A stretch of DNA of 60,537 nt, counting the filler, from Caldilineae bacterium (GTDB taxonomy: Bacteria; Chloroflexota; Anaerolineae; DTLA01), in NCBI GenBank assembly GCA_037446815.1. It is 2 parts of 2 records of this genome, joined end to end, with 100 filler letters (N's around TTAATTAATTAA, not from the genome) between each part and the next. Parts side by side here need not be neighbours in the genome. Positions count along the whole stretch, not along the records: positions 1 to 30,459 come from JBBIHX010000021.1; 1 more part is not named here. One strand, given 5' to 3'. The notes under the pieces were generated by a model that was given only the letters and a program-made list of their open reading frames with translations, was not told the DNA's origin and did not search any database. A program made the position numbers and the translations under genes. Below, in pieces: positions 10,145-19,406 of the stretch (position 1 is its first letter; each line of letters starts with the position of its first letter).

Positions 10145-10822
10145 CTATGTCGCTCGCTTCTTCGGGCGGACCTTGGGTATCTGGATGCCTTGCTCCACGA
10201 TGGCCATGACGGCCTCGGCGCGGTTCTTCACCCCGATCTTCTGGTACAGCACCGACAAGACGTTCTTCACCGTCTGCTCCGACAGCGCGAGATGCTCCGC
10301 GATTTCGCGGTTCGTCGCGCCCTCGGCGATCAACGCCAGAATCACCAAGTCCCGCTTGGTCAGGTTGCTCTGCGAAGCGCCTGCCCGCTCCTGGGACAGG
10401 CGGCGGAATGCCTCCAGCAGGCGCGCCGTGTGGGTCGGGTCCAGCGCGGCCTGCCCCTTGGCCACGGCCCGGATGGCCGACAGCACCGTATCGGCATCGG
10501 CCGCCTTGAGGATATAACTGGCCGCGCCCGCCTGAACGGCAGCCAGCAGCATGTCCTCGTCGTCGTGCATGGTGAGCATGATCACCCGCGCATTCGGGTG
10601 TTCTTCCACAATGCGCCGACAGACCTGGATTCCGTCCATGCCCGGAAGCCCGATGTCCAACAGCACCACGTCCGGGTTCTTGTCCATCTGCTCAAGGGCC
10701 TGCTCGCCCGTACCGGCCTCGCCGACGACCTCCACGTCCGGGCTGTGGTTCAGGAGTTCCCGCAGACCGTCGCGGAAGACTGCATGATCATCCACCAGCA
10801 GAACGCGAATCATCCCTTGCAC
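10145..10822 (-). CDS. NarL/LuxR family response regulator
   Basis: LLVDDH, LLDIGLPGMDG, MLTMH receiver domain; GATNREIA..L.LSEQTVKN HTH. Confidence 0.95.
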   Translation of the reverse strand: MQGMIRVLLVDDHAVFRDGLRELLNHSPDVEVVGEAGTGEQALEQMDKNPDVVLLDIGLPGMDGIQVCRRIVEEHPNARVIMLTMHDDEDMLLAAVQAGAASYILKAADADTVLSAIRAVAKGQAALDPTHTARLLEAFRRLSQERAGASQSNLTKRDLVILALIAEGATNREIAEHLALSEQTVKNVLSVLYQKIGVKNRAEAVMAIVEQGIQIPKVRPKKRAT

Positions 10823-10825
10823 CCC

Positions 10826-13015
10826 CTACATGCTGCCAATGGGAAGCGATATGGTGATATGAGTTCCTTGGCCCGGCGACGAGACAACCTCCATGTGGCC
10901 GCCGAGGGCGCGAACGCTCTCGGCCAGTGTTCGGAGGCCCATCCCCTGCGAGCGGCTCACGGCGGCCGTGTCAAACCCGCGTCCCTTGTCATCAACCGTC
11001 AGCAGGACGCGGTTCGCCTCCGCGCGCAGCGACAAGCGGGCTGAGGTCGGCCCAGCGTGCTTGCGGATGTTGTTCAGGCACTCGGTGGCGGCGCGGTACA
11101 GGAGACCTTCCACCTTGGGCCCCAGGCGCGGGAGCGGCTCCGTCACATCCAGCGTTACCGGAATGCCATACTGGACAACCTGCACCTCCACAAGCCTGCG
11201 AAGAGCCGTCAGGAGACCCTGTTGCTCCAACTCCACCGGCCGGAGCGCATGGAGGACGCGCCGCAACTGGGTTACCGAGCCTTGCAGCGCCGAGACAATC
11301 CAATCCATCTCCGCCGCGGCCCGCTGCGGGTCCGTCTCCAGATACGCCCGCGCCAACTGGGCCTTGACCAGAATGGCGGCCAGGTCGCCGCCGACGCTGT
11401 CGTGCATCTCGGTGGCGATACGGTTGCGCTCTTTCAGGATGCCCAGTTCCTCCGAGCGGGCCAGGAGTCGCGCCTTCTGCATGGCCGCCGCCACCAGGTT
11501 GGCGAACAGCCCCAGCAATTCCATCTCATCCTCGCCGAACGCGCCCTTTTCCTTGCGGCGCAGCGCCACCAGGACGCCGATGAGTTCGTCCTGCGTCTGC
11601 AGCGGCAGCGCCGCGGCAACGCCCTGGAACCCGGCCTTGGCGAGGCGCAAGGCATGGACGACCGGCTTCTTCTCGTCCGCAGCCCTACCCCACACGCCAC
11701 GGCCGGGCGGCGACACAATGGGAAAGTGCTCCGCATCCGGCGGGCTAGCCGACAGGAGTTTCAGCAGGCCGTAGCGCCGATCCTGCTCGTACACGGCGAT
11801 GGCATCGGCCCGAATCAGGCCGACGCCCGCCTGCGCAGCCAGGGCTGCCACGGCCTCTGCGTCCGGCATCTCCATCAGTTCCACCGACACGCGATGCAAA
11901 TCTCGGAGCCTAGCGGCCCACGCCTCCATTTGGCCGTGCGAGCGGGCGCGGCTCAACGCGCTCCCCAGCGCGCCGGCAAGCATTTGGGCCAGGCGTACCT
12001 CGGCGTCGGTCCACTCGCGCGGGCCCATATGGTACAGCGACAGGACGCCGAATCCCTGCCCGCCCACGAAGACGGGCACGATCATGGCGCTCCGAATCTC
12101 CGCCTTCTCGGCGACCTCCACAACTTGGGGCGCGCCGGTGTAGTCGTCGGCACGCGTGACGATCACGGGAGCGCCCGTTTTCAGAGCGCGCTGGGCGGGC
12201 GCGCTGGGCGAGTACGTCTCCACGGCGCGCACCACCGCCTCGGGGACGTTGCGGCTGGCGAGACACCGAAGGGTCTTGCCCGATTCCGTGGCCTCGTAGA
12301 TGGCGCAGGCCGAAACCCGGAGCGCCGTCTCCACCGCCAGCAATGTGGACTTGAGCAGTTTGGCAATGTCCTCCTGCTCGCTCACGTGGATGGAGACCTG
12401 ATGCAGGGTCTCCAGGTCCATGCGCAACTGATTGCTGGACACGCGTAGCGCCTCATGCTCCACCGCCAAGGCCAGCAGCGAAGCCATGGCTTGCAAGAAG
12501 CGCTCCTGGGCCTGCGATGGCGGCGTATCTCCGGCGGTTGCGGCGAGGATGATCCCTTCCGGCTTCGCCTCGCCGAGGAACGCGGGCGCGAGAGCAATGT
12601 GCCGGAACGCCGCGCGCAGCGTCTGGGGCGCGTCGTCGGGATTCAGCAGCACAGGCGGCGCCACCGCTTCCTGCGAGATGACCCGCGACGCCGCATACGC
12701 GCGAACGTCGGCGATGGAATCCGCGCCCAACCTGCGGGCGATGGGAGCGGCCAGCGGCGCGGCGGGGCCGAGAAGACAGAGCGCGCCCGCCTCCCAGCCC
12801 AGGCCCGCCAGCGTGTGGTCCAGCACCGCTTCTAGGCCTTCGCCCAGGCTCGGAGCGTGCACCAGAGCAGCCTGGGCGCGGGCGAGGCACGTGAGCAGCC
12901 GCTCGCCTTCCCCAGGGGGCAACGCATACGCGGCGGGCGGTTCCCGCATCGCGGCAGCCTCACCGACCTCTACGCCCCAAGGCCCTGGGGCCACAGGTGA
13001 ACGCTTCCGTCCCAT
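10826..13015 (-). CDS. Cytoplasmic multi-GAF sensor histidine kinase (HisKA_3 type); start uncertain
   Basis: ERNRIATEMHDSVG H-box, ECLNNIRKHA, DKGRGFD, GMGL; about three GAF-like repeats, no TM helix. Confidence 0.9.
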   Translation of the reverse strand: MGRKRSPVAPGPWGVEVGEAAAMREPPAAYALPPGEGERLLTCLARAQAALVHAPSLGEGLEAVLDHTLAGLGWEAGALCLLGPAAPLAAPIARRLGADSIADVRAYAASRVISQEAVAPPVLLNPDDAPQTLRAAFRHIALAPAFLGEAKPEGIILAATAGDTPPSQAQERFLQAMASLLALAVEHEALRVSSNQLRMDLETLHQVSIHVSEQEDIAKLLKSTLLAVETALRVSACAIYEATESGKTLRCLASRNVPEAVVRAVETYSPSAPAQRALKTGAPVIVTRADDYTGAPQVVEVAEKAEIRSAMIVPVFVGGQGFGVLSLYHMGPREWTDAEVRLAQMLAGALGSALSRARSHGQMEAWAARLRDLHRVSVELMEMPDAEAVAALAAQAGVGLIRADAIAVYEQDRRYGLLKLLSASPPDAEHFPIVSPPGRGVWGRAADEKKPVVHALRLAKAGFQGVAAALPLQTQDELIGVLVALRRKEKGAFGEDEMELLGLFANLVAAAMQKARLLARSEELGILKERNRIATEMHDSVGGDLAAILVKAQLARAYLETDPQRAAAEMDWIVSALQGSVTQLRRVLHALRPVELEQQGLLTALRRLVEVQVVQYGIPVTLDVTEPLPRLGPKVEGLLYRAATECLNNIRKHAGPTSARLSLRAEANRVLLTVDDKGRGFDTAAVSRSQGMGLRTLAESVRALGGHMEVVSSPGQGTHITISLPIGSM

Positions 13016-13834
13016 TTACGACTCACGCGCAGGCTCTGCCGGAGCAGTTCGCTTTCGCAGGTGATTGATCGCGATGCCCACAGCGCCGATGACGATGGCG
13101 ATGATGGCGAACACCTGCGCCGCCGCAAGGCCGCCGAGTTTCCACGCATCGGGCCGCAGCATCTCAATAAAGAACCGCCCAAACGGGTAGTAGATGAGAT
13201 ACGCGAAGAACACGTCGCCGTCGCGCAGGCGGGGCGCCCACTTGCGCGCGAAGATCATGAACAGGATGAAGCCCAGCAGACAGAAGAGCGATTCGTACAG
13301 GAAAACGGGATGGAATCGCTCGTAGTTCTCAAGCCCCGGCAGCCGCCTTTCGGGGGCAATGTAGATGCCCCAGGGCAGGTCGGTCGGCGGGCCGTACAGT
13401 TCCTGGTTGGCGAAGTTGCCCCAGCGGCCGATGGCCTGGGCCAGGAGCAGACCCGGCGCGGCCACGTCGGCCCAGCGGAAGAACTTCAGTTTGGCCCAGC
13501 GGGTGTAAATCCACAGGCCGAGCGCGCCACCGATGACCGCGCCGTAGATGGCCAGCCCGCCCTCCCATATCTTCAGGATGGCGATGGGATTCTGGCGGTA
13601 GTACCACCAGCCAAGGGAGCCGTCGGCGGGCGAGGAGAACACATGGTACAGCCGCGCGCCGATAATGCCGAAGATGAGGCAGAGGATGAGGCCGTTCCAT
13701 ACGTGTTCCGGGTCTTCGCCGCGGCGGCGCGCCTCGCGCGTGGCAACGTAGGCGGCGGCGAGAATGCCCGTTACGATGAGCAGCCCGTACCAGCGAACGG
13801 CGAACGGGCCAATCTGAAAGGCAATCGGGTTCAT
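13016..13834 (-). CDS. lgt: Prolipoprotein diacylglyceryl transferase
   Basis: RWYGL, GARLYHV, GGLAIYG, QAIGRWGNF.NQE.YG, HP.FLYES, RFFIE. Confidence 0.96.
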   Translation of the reverse strand: MNPIAFQIGPFAVRWYGLLIVTGILAAAYVATREARRRGEDPEHVWNGLILCLIFGIIGARLYHVFSSPADGSLGWWYYRQNPIAILKIWEGGLAIYGAVIGGALGLWIYTRWAKLKFFRWADVAAPGLLLAQAIGRWGNFANQELYGPPTDLPWGIYIAPERRLPGLENYERFHPVFLYESLFCLLGFILFMIFARKWAPRLRDGDVFFAYLIYYPFGRFFIEMLRPDAWKLGGLAAAQVFAIIAIVIGAVGIAINHLRKRTAPAEPARES

Positions 13835-14067
13835 GAGAAGCCCTCCAACGTAGAATCGTCCTGTGGTTCCCGAAGTCGCCTCCCCGCGGCGTGTCCATCA
13901 CGGGCGGCGTCCGGGAGGGTCGGTGTGCCGCTTGAATTATAGCACAATATGGGCTACAAGTGCAATCGGCGTTGCGCACGAAGTACCGTACCCCCGAGCG
14001 CGCAAGGTGCGTCGCCCGTTCCCGGTTCGTCCAGATTCGCGTTATCCGTGCACCCGCTCCTACCGAG

Positions 14068-14523
14068 ATGCCGAGCCGAAGGCGAAGCATCTCCAGGGTT
14101 GTATCCACGGATGGCGCGCATAGGGACGCGAGATTCTTCGCCGCTTTGCGGCTCAGAATGACAGTTCGTGTAACCGCGAATAACACGAGTCCACGCGAAT
14201 GGGCAAGGGATGGGGTTCACGTGCGACGCACCTCCGAGGTGCGTCGCACGTTGCCCCCCGTCCGTCATGCCGAGCCGAAGGCGAAGCATCTCCGGGGGTG
14301 TATCCACGGATGGCGCGGATTGGGCGGATGGGGGCGCGAGGTTCTTCGCCACTTCGCGGCTCAGAATGACAGTTCGTGTAACCGCGAATAACACGAGTCC
14401 ACGCGAATGGGCAAGGGATGGGGTTCACGTGCGACGCACCTCGGAGGTGCGTCGCACGTTGCCCCCGCCTGTCATGGTGAGCCGAAGGCGAAGCCTCTAC
14501 GGGGTGTATCCACGGATGGCGCG
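14068..14523. repeat. About 2.3 tandem copies of a ~208-bp unit made of palindromic modules
   Basis: GTGCGACGCACCTC.GAGGTGCGTCGCAC at 14221 and 14429; repeated GGCTCAGAATGACAGTTCGTGTAACCGCGAATAACACGAG. Confidence 0.85.
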
Positions 14524-14525
14524 GC

Positions 14526-14554
14526 TTCACATCGCGGCCCACATGATGTATAAT
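14526..14554 (+). promoter_or_regulatory. Putative sigma70 promoter of the cargo-encapsulin operon
   Basis: TTCACA-17 nt-TATAAT. Confidence 0.6.
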
Positions 14555-14683
14555 GTGTGCAGTCGGAAATCCGCATTCTCCACGGTGAATCTAGGCCATC
14601 TTCGTGCCATCCGCACCTAGAGGGGGACGACCGGAAATCCAAACCGAGCGCAAGCGCATCTAAACGAAAAGAAAGGAGTCGCC

Positions 14684-15595
14684 ATGACGATAACAAAAGA
14701 CGACATCATTGCGATGCTCAATGAGGATATGCGGGGCGAACACATGGCCATCGTGCAGTATCTCCTGCACGCTTACGCGATGCCCGAGAGCGCAATCCCC
14801 GCCGAGATTGAGGCCATCGCGCGCGATGAGATGCGGCACTTTGACTGGCTGGCCGACGCCATCGTGGAACTGGGCGGCACGCCCACGCTGGAGCGCGCAC
14901 CTGTCCGACGGGCCGACACCCACGCGGCCAACATGCAACTGGACGTAACCGCCGAGGACGACGCCATCGCCCTGTACGAGCAGCACATCGCCGCCATTGA
15001 TGACCCCAAACTGAAACGGTTGCTGGAACGCATCGTCAACGACGAGAAAGCGCATCGGGGCATCTTCCTGAAACTTGCGGAGGAAGTCAGCGCGGAGGCC
15101 GAACCGCAGCCCGCAGAGGCCTCGCCGTCTTCCCCCGACCCCGTCGCGCTGGATGTCCTGGACAAGGGGATTCGCCACGAGTACACGGTCATCTTGCAGT
15201 ACCTGTGGCATTCCTTCGTTACGCCCCACTGCGACATCAGCCGCGAACTGGAGATGCAGGCCATCAATGAGATGCAGCATCTGGGCTGGCTTGCCGAGGA
15301 GATGGCGGGGATAGGCGGCCCCGTGGAGATTGAGCGCACGGCGGTGAACCAGAGCGCCGACACCGCCGCCATGCTCGCCGCCGACATCCGCGCCGAGCGC
15401 GAAGTAACCCAGGTGTACTCGGAGCAACTCAACAAGATCGCGGACGAGGGGCTGAAGGCCCTCATCGCCCGCATCCGCGACCACGAAGTGTATCACGATG
15501 CCGTCTTCTCGGACCTGCTCCAGTCGCTCCAGAAGGCGAGCGAAAAGGCCCCGTCTCCAACGAAGGGATTCACCGTCGGTAGTCTCAAAGAGTAG
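14684..15595 (+). CDS. Double bacterioferritin-like four-helix-bundle protein with C-terminal encapsulin targeting peptide
   Basis: Two repeats of E..ExxH..E..ExxH di-iron motifs (EMRH/EKAH; EMQH/EVYH); ends GFTVGSLKE; directly upstream of encapsulin. Confidence 0.88.
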   Translation: MTITKDDIIAMLNEDMRGEHMAIVQYLLHAYAMPESAIPAEIEAIARDEMRHFDWLADAIVELGGTPTLERAPVRRADTHAANMQLDVTAEDDAIALYEQHIAAIDDPKLKRLLERIVNDEKAHRGIFLKLAEEVSAEAEPQPAEASPSSPDPVALDVLDKGIRHEYTVILQYLWHSFVTPHCDISRELEMQAINEMQHLGWLAEEMAGIGGPVEIERTAVNQSADTAAMLAADIRAEREVTQVYSEQLNKIADEGLKALIARIRDHEVYHDAVFSDLLQSLQKASEKAPSPTKGFTVGSLKE

Positions 15596-15618
15596 AAAAC
15601 ACAAAGAAGGAGGACATC

Positions 15619-16449
15619 ATGTCGGACCTACTTATGCGAGAAGAAGCGCCCCTCACGAGCGAAGAGTGGGTGAAACTGGACAGCCTTGTGGTGGAAGTGG
15701 CGAGGAAGACCCTGGCCGGGCGCCGCTTCCTGCACCTGTTCGGCCCCCTGGGCGCGGGCGTCCAGGTTGTGCCGGTGGACCGGCTGGGCGGCGTAACCGG
15801 CGCGGCCGTCGGGTTTGAGGGCGAGGAGGCCGAGGCGGTGGAGTTGGCTGAGCGTGAGTTCATCCCGCTCACCACCATCTCCAAGGAATTCGTCCTGCGA
15901 TGGGAGGACCTGGCCCTGGCGCGCCAGCACAGCGGCGAGGTGGACTTCAGCCCGGCGGCAGCAGCGGCATTCACCGTGGCCCGCGCCGAGGACGCGCTCC
16001 TGTTCAACGGCCAGGCCAGGGAGCCCGGCCTGCTCAAGGCGAAGGGCCGCACCACTGTGCCGCTGGGCGAGTGGGAGACCACGCCCGGCGCGGCGCTGGA
16101 GGCCGTGCTCTCCGCCTGGAGCAAACTCACGGCGGCCGGGTTCGCCGGCGACTTCGCCCTGGTACTGAGCAACCACCTGTTCGCCAAACTCCACCGGGTC
16201 AACGGCGGGACGGGCGTCCTGGAAATCGCCCAGATTCGCGAACTGGTGAAGACCGTCGTGCCGACGCCGGCGCTCAAGCCCAACCAGGCGTTTCTTGTGG
16301 CCGCCGGCCCCGAGAACCTGGACCTCGCCATCGGCCAGGACATCATCACCGCCTATCTCGGGCCGGATGGCATGGATCACGTCTTCCGCGTCTTTGAGAG
16401 CCTGGCGCTTCGGGTCAAACGCCCTGGCGCCATCTGCACGTTTGAGTAG
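15619..16449 (+). CDS. Family 1 encapsulin shell protein (linocin M18 family)
   Basis: L.REEAPL..EEW, L.GRRF....GPLG, AED.L.FNG, DLAIGQD, F...ES; 276 aa. Confidence 0.93.
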   Translation: MSDLLMREEAPLTSEEWVKLDSLVVEVARKTLAGRRFLHLFGPLGAGVQVVPVDRLGGVTGAAVGFEGEEAEAVELAEREFIPLTTISKEFVLRWEDLALARQHSGEVDFSPAAAAAFTVARAEDALLFNGQAREPGLLKAKGRTTVPLGEWETTPGAALEAVLSAWSKLTAAGFAGDFALVLSNHLFAKLHRVNGGTGVLEIAQIRELVKTVVPTPALKPNQAFLVAAGPENLDLAIGQDIITAYLGPDGMDHVFRVFESLALRVKRPGAICTFE

Positions 16450-16581
16450 TCGTAGCCAGCAACGAGTAGGCCCGTCGGGTGGATGCCACGCATGGCCCAC
16501 CCGACGGGCGCTGCCACTCCATCGCGCCGCGCCTCGGTTCGGGTTGCGTATGACCCGCGTCATAGACTCCAACTGCGCTGT

Positions 16582-16610
16582 TTGGTAAAATAGGACTTGT
16601 AAAGTATAAT
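16582..16610 (+). promoter_or_regulatory. Putative sigma70 promoter of the aldolase gene
   Basis: TTGGTA-17 nt-TATAAT in an AT-rich patch. Confidence 0.5.
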
Positions 16611-16653
16611 TTTAGCGAAGTCCGTCCAACCTGCGACGGACAGGAGGGTTCAC

Positions 16654-17547
16654 ATGAGTCCAAGACCTCGCCTAGACGATTTGCACCTGGGCATCGGCAA
16701 ACGGGCGCGGCTGTACCGGCTCCTGTACGAGCACGGCCCGGGCAACGGCACGATGCTCTTGCTCCCCATTGACCAGGGGCTGGAACACGGGCCGGTAGAC
16801 TTCTTCGCCAACCCGGAGGCGCTGAACCCGGAGTATCAGGCGCGGCTGGCCCTGGAGGGCGGCTATTCGGGCATCGTCTTCCATATCGGCCTGGCCGAGA
16901 AGTACATGCCCAAATTCGCCGGCAAGGTGCCCCTCGTCCTGAAACTCAACGGCAAGACCAACATCCCGCCCGACGATGAAGCCTTCTCGCCGCAGACGGC
17001 CACCGTAGAGGATGCCGTCCGCCTGGGGGCCGACGCGGTCGGGTACACGCTGTACGTCGGATCGCCCGCCCAGGACCAGGACTTCATCCAGTTCATGCAG
17101 ATTCGGGCGGAGGCCGAGCGATTCGGGATGCCCGTCATCGTGTGGGCGTATCCGCGCGGCTGGGCGGTGGAGGAGAAGGGCGGCCGCGATAGCCTGTACG
17201 CCGTGGACTACGCCGCGCGCGTGGCCGACGAACTCGGCGCCGACGTGGTGAAACTCAACGTGCCCGACTTTGAGCCGGAGAAGAATCAGGCGTCGCCCAA
17301 GCCGTACAACACCCTGCACCTGGACTACGCCCAGGCCGTTCGCAAGGTGGTGGAATCGGCGGGCAAGACCATGGTGCTGTTCTCCGGCGGGAGCAAGATA
17401 GGCGACGAGGACTTGCTGGAGAAGGCCCGCATCTGCATGGAGGCGGGAGCCACAGGGCTCATCTTCGGGCGCAACATGTGGCAACGCCCGTATCACGAGG
17501 GCCTGGCCCTGACGGCGAAAATCAAGGAGATTATGCGGAGTGTGTAG
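16654..17547 (+). CDS. fbaB: Class I (DhnA/FbaB-type) fructose-bisphosphate aldolase
   Basis: [30 protein letters not shown] (Schiff-base Lys), GRN. Confidence 0.88.
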   Translation: MSPRPRLDDLHLGIGKRARLYRLLYEHGPGNGTMLLLPIDQGLEHGPVDFFANPEALNPEYQARLALEGGYSGIVFHIGLAEKYMPKFAGKVPLVLKLNGKTNIPPDDEAFSPQTATVEDAVRLGADAVGYTLYVGSPAQDQDFIQFMQIRAEAERFGMPVIVWAYPRGWAVEEKGGRDSLYAVDYAARVADELGADVVKLNVPDFEPEKNQASPKPYNTLHLDYAQAVRKVVESAGKTMVLFSGGSKIGDEDLLEKARICMEAGATGLIFGRNMWQRPYHEGLALTAKIKEIMRSV

Positions 17548-17606
17548 CGGCTCCGCAGGCTCTATGACCTTAAGAACACCTTACATGGAGTGATACTGAC
17601 AAGGCG

Positions 17607-18122
17607 ATGGCAGTGAGAGAAATCCTTGTAAACGGGCACCCTGCCCTGCGCAAGCGGGCGAAGGAGGTCAAGCGCGTCACGCCCGAAATCCAGGCGCTGT
17701 GCGCCGACATGATGGAGACCATGCGGGCCGCGCCCGGCGTGGGACTCGCGGCCAATCAGGTGGGCATCCTGCAGCGCGTCGTGGTGATAGAGGTGCCGGA
17801 GGAGGAGGACGAGTTCCTCGGCGGCAAGGCGTTTTGCCTCATCAACCCCGAGATCGTCAGCGCCAGCGGCTCGCAGATCGGCAACGAGGGCTGCCTTTCG
17901 GTGCCGGGCTACGTGGGCGAGGTAGAACGCTACGAGAGCGTAGTCGTCCGGGCGCTGACCGAACAGGGCAAGCGGGTGAAACTTTCGGCCCGCGGCTTCT
18001 TGGCCCGCGTCCTCCAGCACGAGATAGACCACCTGGACGGGATTCTCTACATTGACAAACTGACCAGCCCCGACAAGTTGTACAAGGTACAAGAGGGCGA
18101 GGAAGAAGTGGAAGAAGCGTAG
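17607..18122 (+). CDS. def: Peptide deformylase
   Basis: GVGLAANQ, EGCLS, QHEIDHLDG. Confidence 0.97.
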   Translation: MAVREILVNGHPALRKRAKEVKRVTPEIQALCADMMETMRAAPGVGLAANQVGILQRVVVIEVPEEEDEFLGGKAFCLINPEIVSASGSQIGNEGCLSVPGYVGEVERYESVVVRALTEQGKRVKLSARGFLARVLQHEIDHLDGILYIDKLTSPDKLYKVQEGEEEVEEA

Positions 18123-18150
18123 GCTTCTCCCAAGATGAGGTGAGAGTGCT

Positions 18151-19269
18151 ATGCAGAGTTCCATCCGACTGGGGAAAATCAAGGGCATTCCTGTTGGGCT
18201 ACACTACACGTGGTTCATCATCTTCGTGTTGGTCAGCCTGAGCCTGGCCCAGTTCTTCTTCCCAAACGAGTACCCGGGCTGGAACGCGGCCGTCTACTGG
18301 GTCGTCGGCATTGTTACGAGCCTGCTGTTCTTCGGCTCGGTGCTGGCCCACGAACTGGCCCATAGCGTCGTCGCGCGCCGATTCGGCGTGCCCGTGCGGA
18401 ACATCACGCTGTTCCTGTTCGGCGGGGTGGCCTCCATCACCCGCGAGGTCCGCCAACCCGTGCAGGAGTTGCTCATGTCGGTGGCGGGGCCGCTGTCCAG
18501 CATGGTGTTGGCAGGGCTGTTTGCCATCGTCGGCCTGGCCCTGCGGACGCTGGCCGAGCCTGTCGCGGCGGGCGCGATGTACCTGGCCCGCATCAACCTG
18601 CTGCTGGGGCTGTTCAACCTGCTGCCCGGGTTCCCGCTGGACGGCGGGCGCGTGTTCCGCTCCATCGTCTGGGCGCTCACAGGCCAGTACGAGCGCTCCA
18701 CCCGCATCGCGGCGGGCCTGGGCCAGGCGTTCGCGTACCTGTTCATCGTCGCGGGCATCTTCATGGCGCTGGCCGGCAGAATCGGCGACGGCATCTGGCT
18801 GGCCCTCATCGGCTGGTTCATGGACAACGCCGCTTCCAGCAGCTTCCGCCAGGTGCGCCTGAAGGAGAGCCTCCAGGGTTACACGGCGGCAGACCTGATG
18901 CGCACGCACTGCACCGCGATCCCCACCGGCGTGTCGCTCGCGACCCTTGTGGACGAGCACGTGCTCCCCGAAGGCCAGCGATGCTTTCTCATCACCGACG
19001 GCGACGCCCTGCGCGGCCTGGTTACGCTCCACGAGATTCGGCGGGTCCCGCGAGACCGTTGGCCGGTAACGCTGGTGGAGCAGGCGATGACGGCGGTGGA
19101 TGCCCTGCACGCCGTGCCGCCCGACGCCGACGCCTACAGCGTCCTGGAGCGCATGGACGAGTACGACGTGAACCAGATTCCCGTGGTGCAGGGCGGGCGG
19201 CTTATCGGCATCATCGCGCGGGACAGCATCCTGCACTTTATCCGTACCAAAAGCGAACTGGGCATGTAG
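18151..19269 (+). CDS. Site-2 protease (M50) with tandem CBS domains
   Basis: HELAH, AGP, NLLPGFPLDGG; C-terminal CBS pair. Confidence 0.93.
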   Translation: MQSSIRLGKIKGIPVGLHYTWFIIFVLVSLSLAQFFFPNEYPGWNAAVYWVVGIVTSLLFFGSVLAHELAHSVVARRFGVPVRNITLFLFGGVASITREVRQPVQELLMSVAGPLSSMVLAGLFAIVGLALRTLAEPVAAGAMYLARINLLLGLFNLLPGFPLDGGRVFRSIVWALTGQYERSTRIAAGLGQAFAYLFIVAGIFMALAGRIGDGIWLALIGWFMDNAASSSFRQVRLKESLQGYTAADLMRTHCTAIPTGVSLATLVDEHVLPEGQRCFLITDGDALRGLVTLHEIRRVPRDRWPVTLVEQAMTAVDALHAVPPDADAYSVLERMDEYDVNQIPVVQGGRLIGIIARDSILHFIRTKSELGM

Positions 19270-19325
19270 GGAACGCTGCGGCGCGCCGCACGGGGATACG
19301 CCACAAGGCGCATCCCAATCCCGAT

Positions 19326-19374
19326 GGCCACCGGCCACCGGCTAATGGCTAATGGCTAATGGCTAACGGCTAAC
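19326..19374. repeat. Heptamer tandem repeat
   Basis: (GGCCACC)2(GGCTAAT)3(GGCTAAC)2. Confidence 0.8.
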
Positions 19375-19406
19375 CAGCCCGCACCACCCTACGACAAGGA
19401 GATACC

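Noticed and set aside
14068..14523. Possible CRISPR array
   Set aside because: Whole ~208-bp units are repeated, with no unique spacers and no cas genes
15619..16449. Prophage capsid (HK97 fold)
   Set aside because: No terminase, portal or tail genes; a cargo gene with targeting peptide is adjacent
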